Below, one piece after another: positions 61,746 to 64,000 of a stretch of 64,000 nt of DNA. Numbering within the stretch: position 1 is the first letter of the stretch; every line of letters begins with the position of its first letter. The stretch comes from Raillietiella orientalis (taxonomy: Eukaryota): positions 806,001 through 870,000 of the forward strand of contig JAYWIR010000031.1 in NCBI GenBank assembly GCA_036172245.1, in the 5' to 3' direction. Both the position numbers and the translations under genes were made by a program. The notes beneath the pieces are model-generated. The model did no database searches. It had not been told where the DNA came from and saw only the letters and a program-made list of their open reading frames with translations.

Positions 61746-63439
61746 GCTCCGGAGCACCCGGGTGACAAACTACTGAATAGTGTAATCAGGTGCTCCGTCG
61801 TTGCATTTAAGCATCCAGATACATATACTAAAGGCACATTATTGGTATACTGCTTTTCCTCAAGGATAATGAAACCTCTAGATCTTTATCTTGAAAAATA
61901 AAGTTTCACTGAACACCTTCAAGAGTGATCCCACTAAGTAGGAAGGTCACCATGGAGATACGCAGTACCCATCACACAAAAATTCCCATCACTTTGAAGC
62001 CCAGTTCCAGGAGTTCGGTAAAATCAAATAAACAAATGAAATAGAAAAGTAATAAAAAAATATCTTGAAATCTTTTCATAAAAAGTCTGCACTTCCTCGT
62101 TTCATTTAAACGCATCATTAGAAACTTTTCGTCTGTTAAGGTTATGTTGTGAACAAGAAACTTACGTCATTTTCTACTTCTGTTTGCCGGCTGCTTGAGA
62201 ATGCAATAATGCAAAAATGCTGTGTGAGTGAAAGAATCGTCATTTTAGAAATCCTCCACAAATTTATCAAATAGTTTTTCGATGTGATTAATACTGTTAA
62301 ATGCACTATCGTTAGTGGTGTAGTTCAGTCGCCACTAATTGTTTCTTTGTGAGAAATACAATAAGAGTACGAAAGAGCCTTCTCTCTTTAGACGAGAGTG
62401 TATATATTTGTTGCAGCATCTCTTGGTTTATCAATAATAAACAATTGCAATAATTATCAAGCAGCATTTCCTAAGCTCAATATCAGGTTCAAAGCTGAAG
62501 TGAATCCAGGAAATGGTCACAGAAATTTGCTATCCTAAAATAAGTTGATGTTTCCCAATGAAGAAACTTATTTTTAATGTTGTCCATAAATTTTAGAAAA
62601 GAACGTTCACAATTGTTTTGCTCATAATATTAGTTCACTTTTTGACTTGTCCAAATGATAAGTTCGATTCTTGGGCATTTGCATTGGCGAGTTTTCTAAT
62701 ATTGCTGAATGGTAACGTTTCCATTTATAAAAGTGCAATCATGAAGATTGCAAATTGCAAAGTGCTAATTGATCTCGCGATTCACTTATGGTACAAAGAT
62801 AAGTTCCCTTCATTGGATTTGACTTGTAAATACCATTTCTTGATTCCCTCACGCTAAGATTTTCTCAGCCCTTCTCTTCAGAAATCATGGTAGAGGTATG
62901 TCAGAGATATTTTGCAGATTCAAATCATTCTCGTAGATTCTGGTTCAGTGTTCACTTTCCTGCGAAGACTTTTCAAACATAAACGTGTTTTAAAGATCAG
63001 ACAATCTGCAGAATCCAAATATCGCTACAATTAGCACAATTCGCAATAGAAATCTTATTGTATAAGTCTCTATTTCCAAAGTTTGCATCTTAAAATGGTC
63101 GCATGTGAACGTCGAAATTCAGGGCATATTTCATAGTCTTTTTTTTGAAAATTAGTCCATTTCTTTATCGTAGAAAGTTCTCAATATTCATTTCATTTAA
63201 ACACCTTATATGATTTTAAACAACCATACAAGAAAGCATTGCAACTAAATAACTCATTAACAATCACACGTTATAGTACTGGGAAACCATGGTAACATTC
63301 ACAAAATTTGTGTACTAATTACAATGAGGAATGACACTGTGACAATGTAAGCTTATATCTCTTTATGTGCTTCATGGCTGTTTCCCAGATGATGACCATT
63401 CACAAGGATGTCACTTTCGAGAAAGGTACTTATATATTT

Positions 63440-63590
63440 GTAAATACATCTTCAGACTGCTTTTCTCATAATGATGTGTGCACAGGGCGCAGATCAGGTG
63501 ATTACATTATCGTGAGGAATTCACAAAACTTTTTGGAGGCTTGCAGTGTCTGTGAGTGTGATTTAGGTTCGCATGCTGTGTGATTTTCTG
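63440..63590 (-). pseudogene. Possible Tc1/mariner-superfamily transposase remnant
   Basis: PKSHSQTLQASKKFCEFLTIM*SPDLRPVHTSL*EKQSEDV resembles the ...FI....WP..SPDLNP.D.S.W motif. Several stops, no TIR found. Confidence 0.28.
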
Positions 63591-64000
63591 CATAGTTTGT
63601 CCAATGGACTTATCTCTTTTGGTACATACATTTCTTCATGAGCTGGAGATATCAAATTACATGCATGCAAAAGTAATAAAAAGTTACATAAAGGGTAAAA
63701 TACAGATTTGGATGTTTGATATCCAGTGAAGTATCCACAATTAATTTTCTGCTTCAAAGAATCTGTTATCAGGATGTTAAACATACATAAATACCCAGAG
63801 CGTTAATAATACAGTGTGGCAGCCACCAAATTATACTTTATAAGAACTTTGGGTAGGGAGGCATGCTCCAACTGTGGAACCAGAAATATTGCCCTGAACA
63901 GCATGCATTGTTCTGTAAAATGATACATGATTGATTGATTATTTGATATGTAACCAAACAATTTGATTTGGATTATTAGGGTATGAAAATTCCTGCAGTG

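Noticed and set aside
1..64000. CRISPR array, rRNA or prokaryotic defence system
   Set aside because: No regularly spaced repeat-spacer array, rRNA motif or operon-like gene density. The sequence is intron-containing eukaryotic DNA.

Overview
Eukaryotic genomic DNA, most likely an arthropod (inferred from the ZAD-type zinc-finger gene and short GT-AG introns). There are no prokaryotic features such as operons or CRISPR arrays. Two genes look intact: a two-exon ZAD + AT-hook + C2H2 zinc-finger transcription factor (1651-2253 and 4244-5653, +) and a multi-exon VWC-domain protein (about 48833-52101, +). Most of the rest is repeats and decayed coding sequence. It includes a GC-rich SINE-like family with a tRNA-like head (three long copies and one solo head). 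One copy carries an in-frame ankyrin-repeat cassette, and another carries an L1/Tx1-type ORF2 fragment at nearly the same internal position. A retroelement cluster at about 18-25.5 kb holds a U2 snRNA 5' fragment, a degenerate HDV-like ribozyme motif and a decayed Utopia/NeSL-like RLE retrotransposon. Other elements are a TA-flanked pogo/Tigger-like MITE that splits a reading frame, an ePHD pseudogene, a probable F-box/LRR pseudogene interleaved antisense with the VWC gene, and an L1/Tx1-type 3' end near 61 kb. All family assignments are by-eye motif recognition, with no database searches. Boundaries of decayed elements are approximate.
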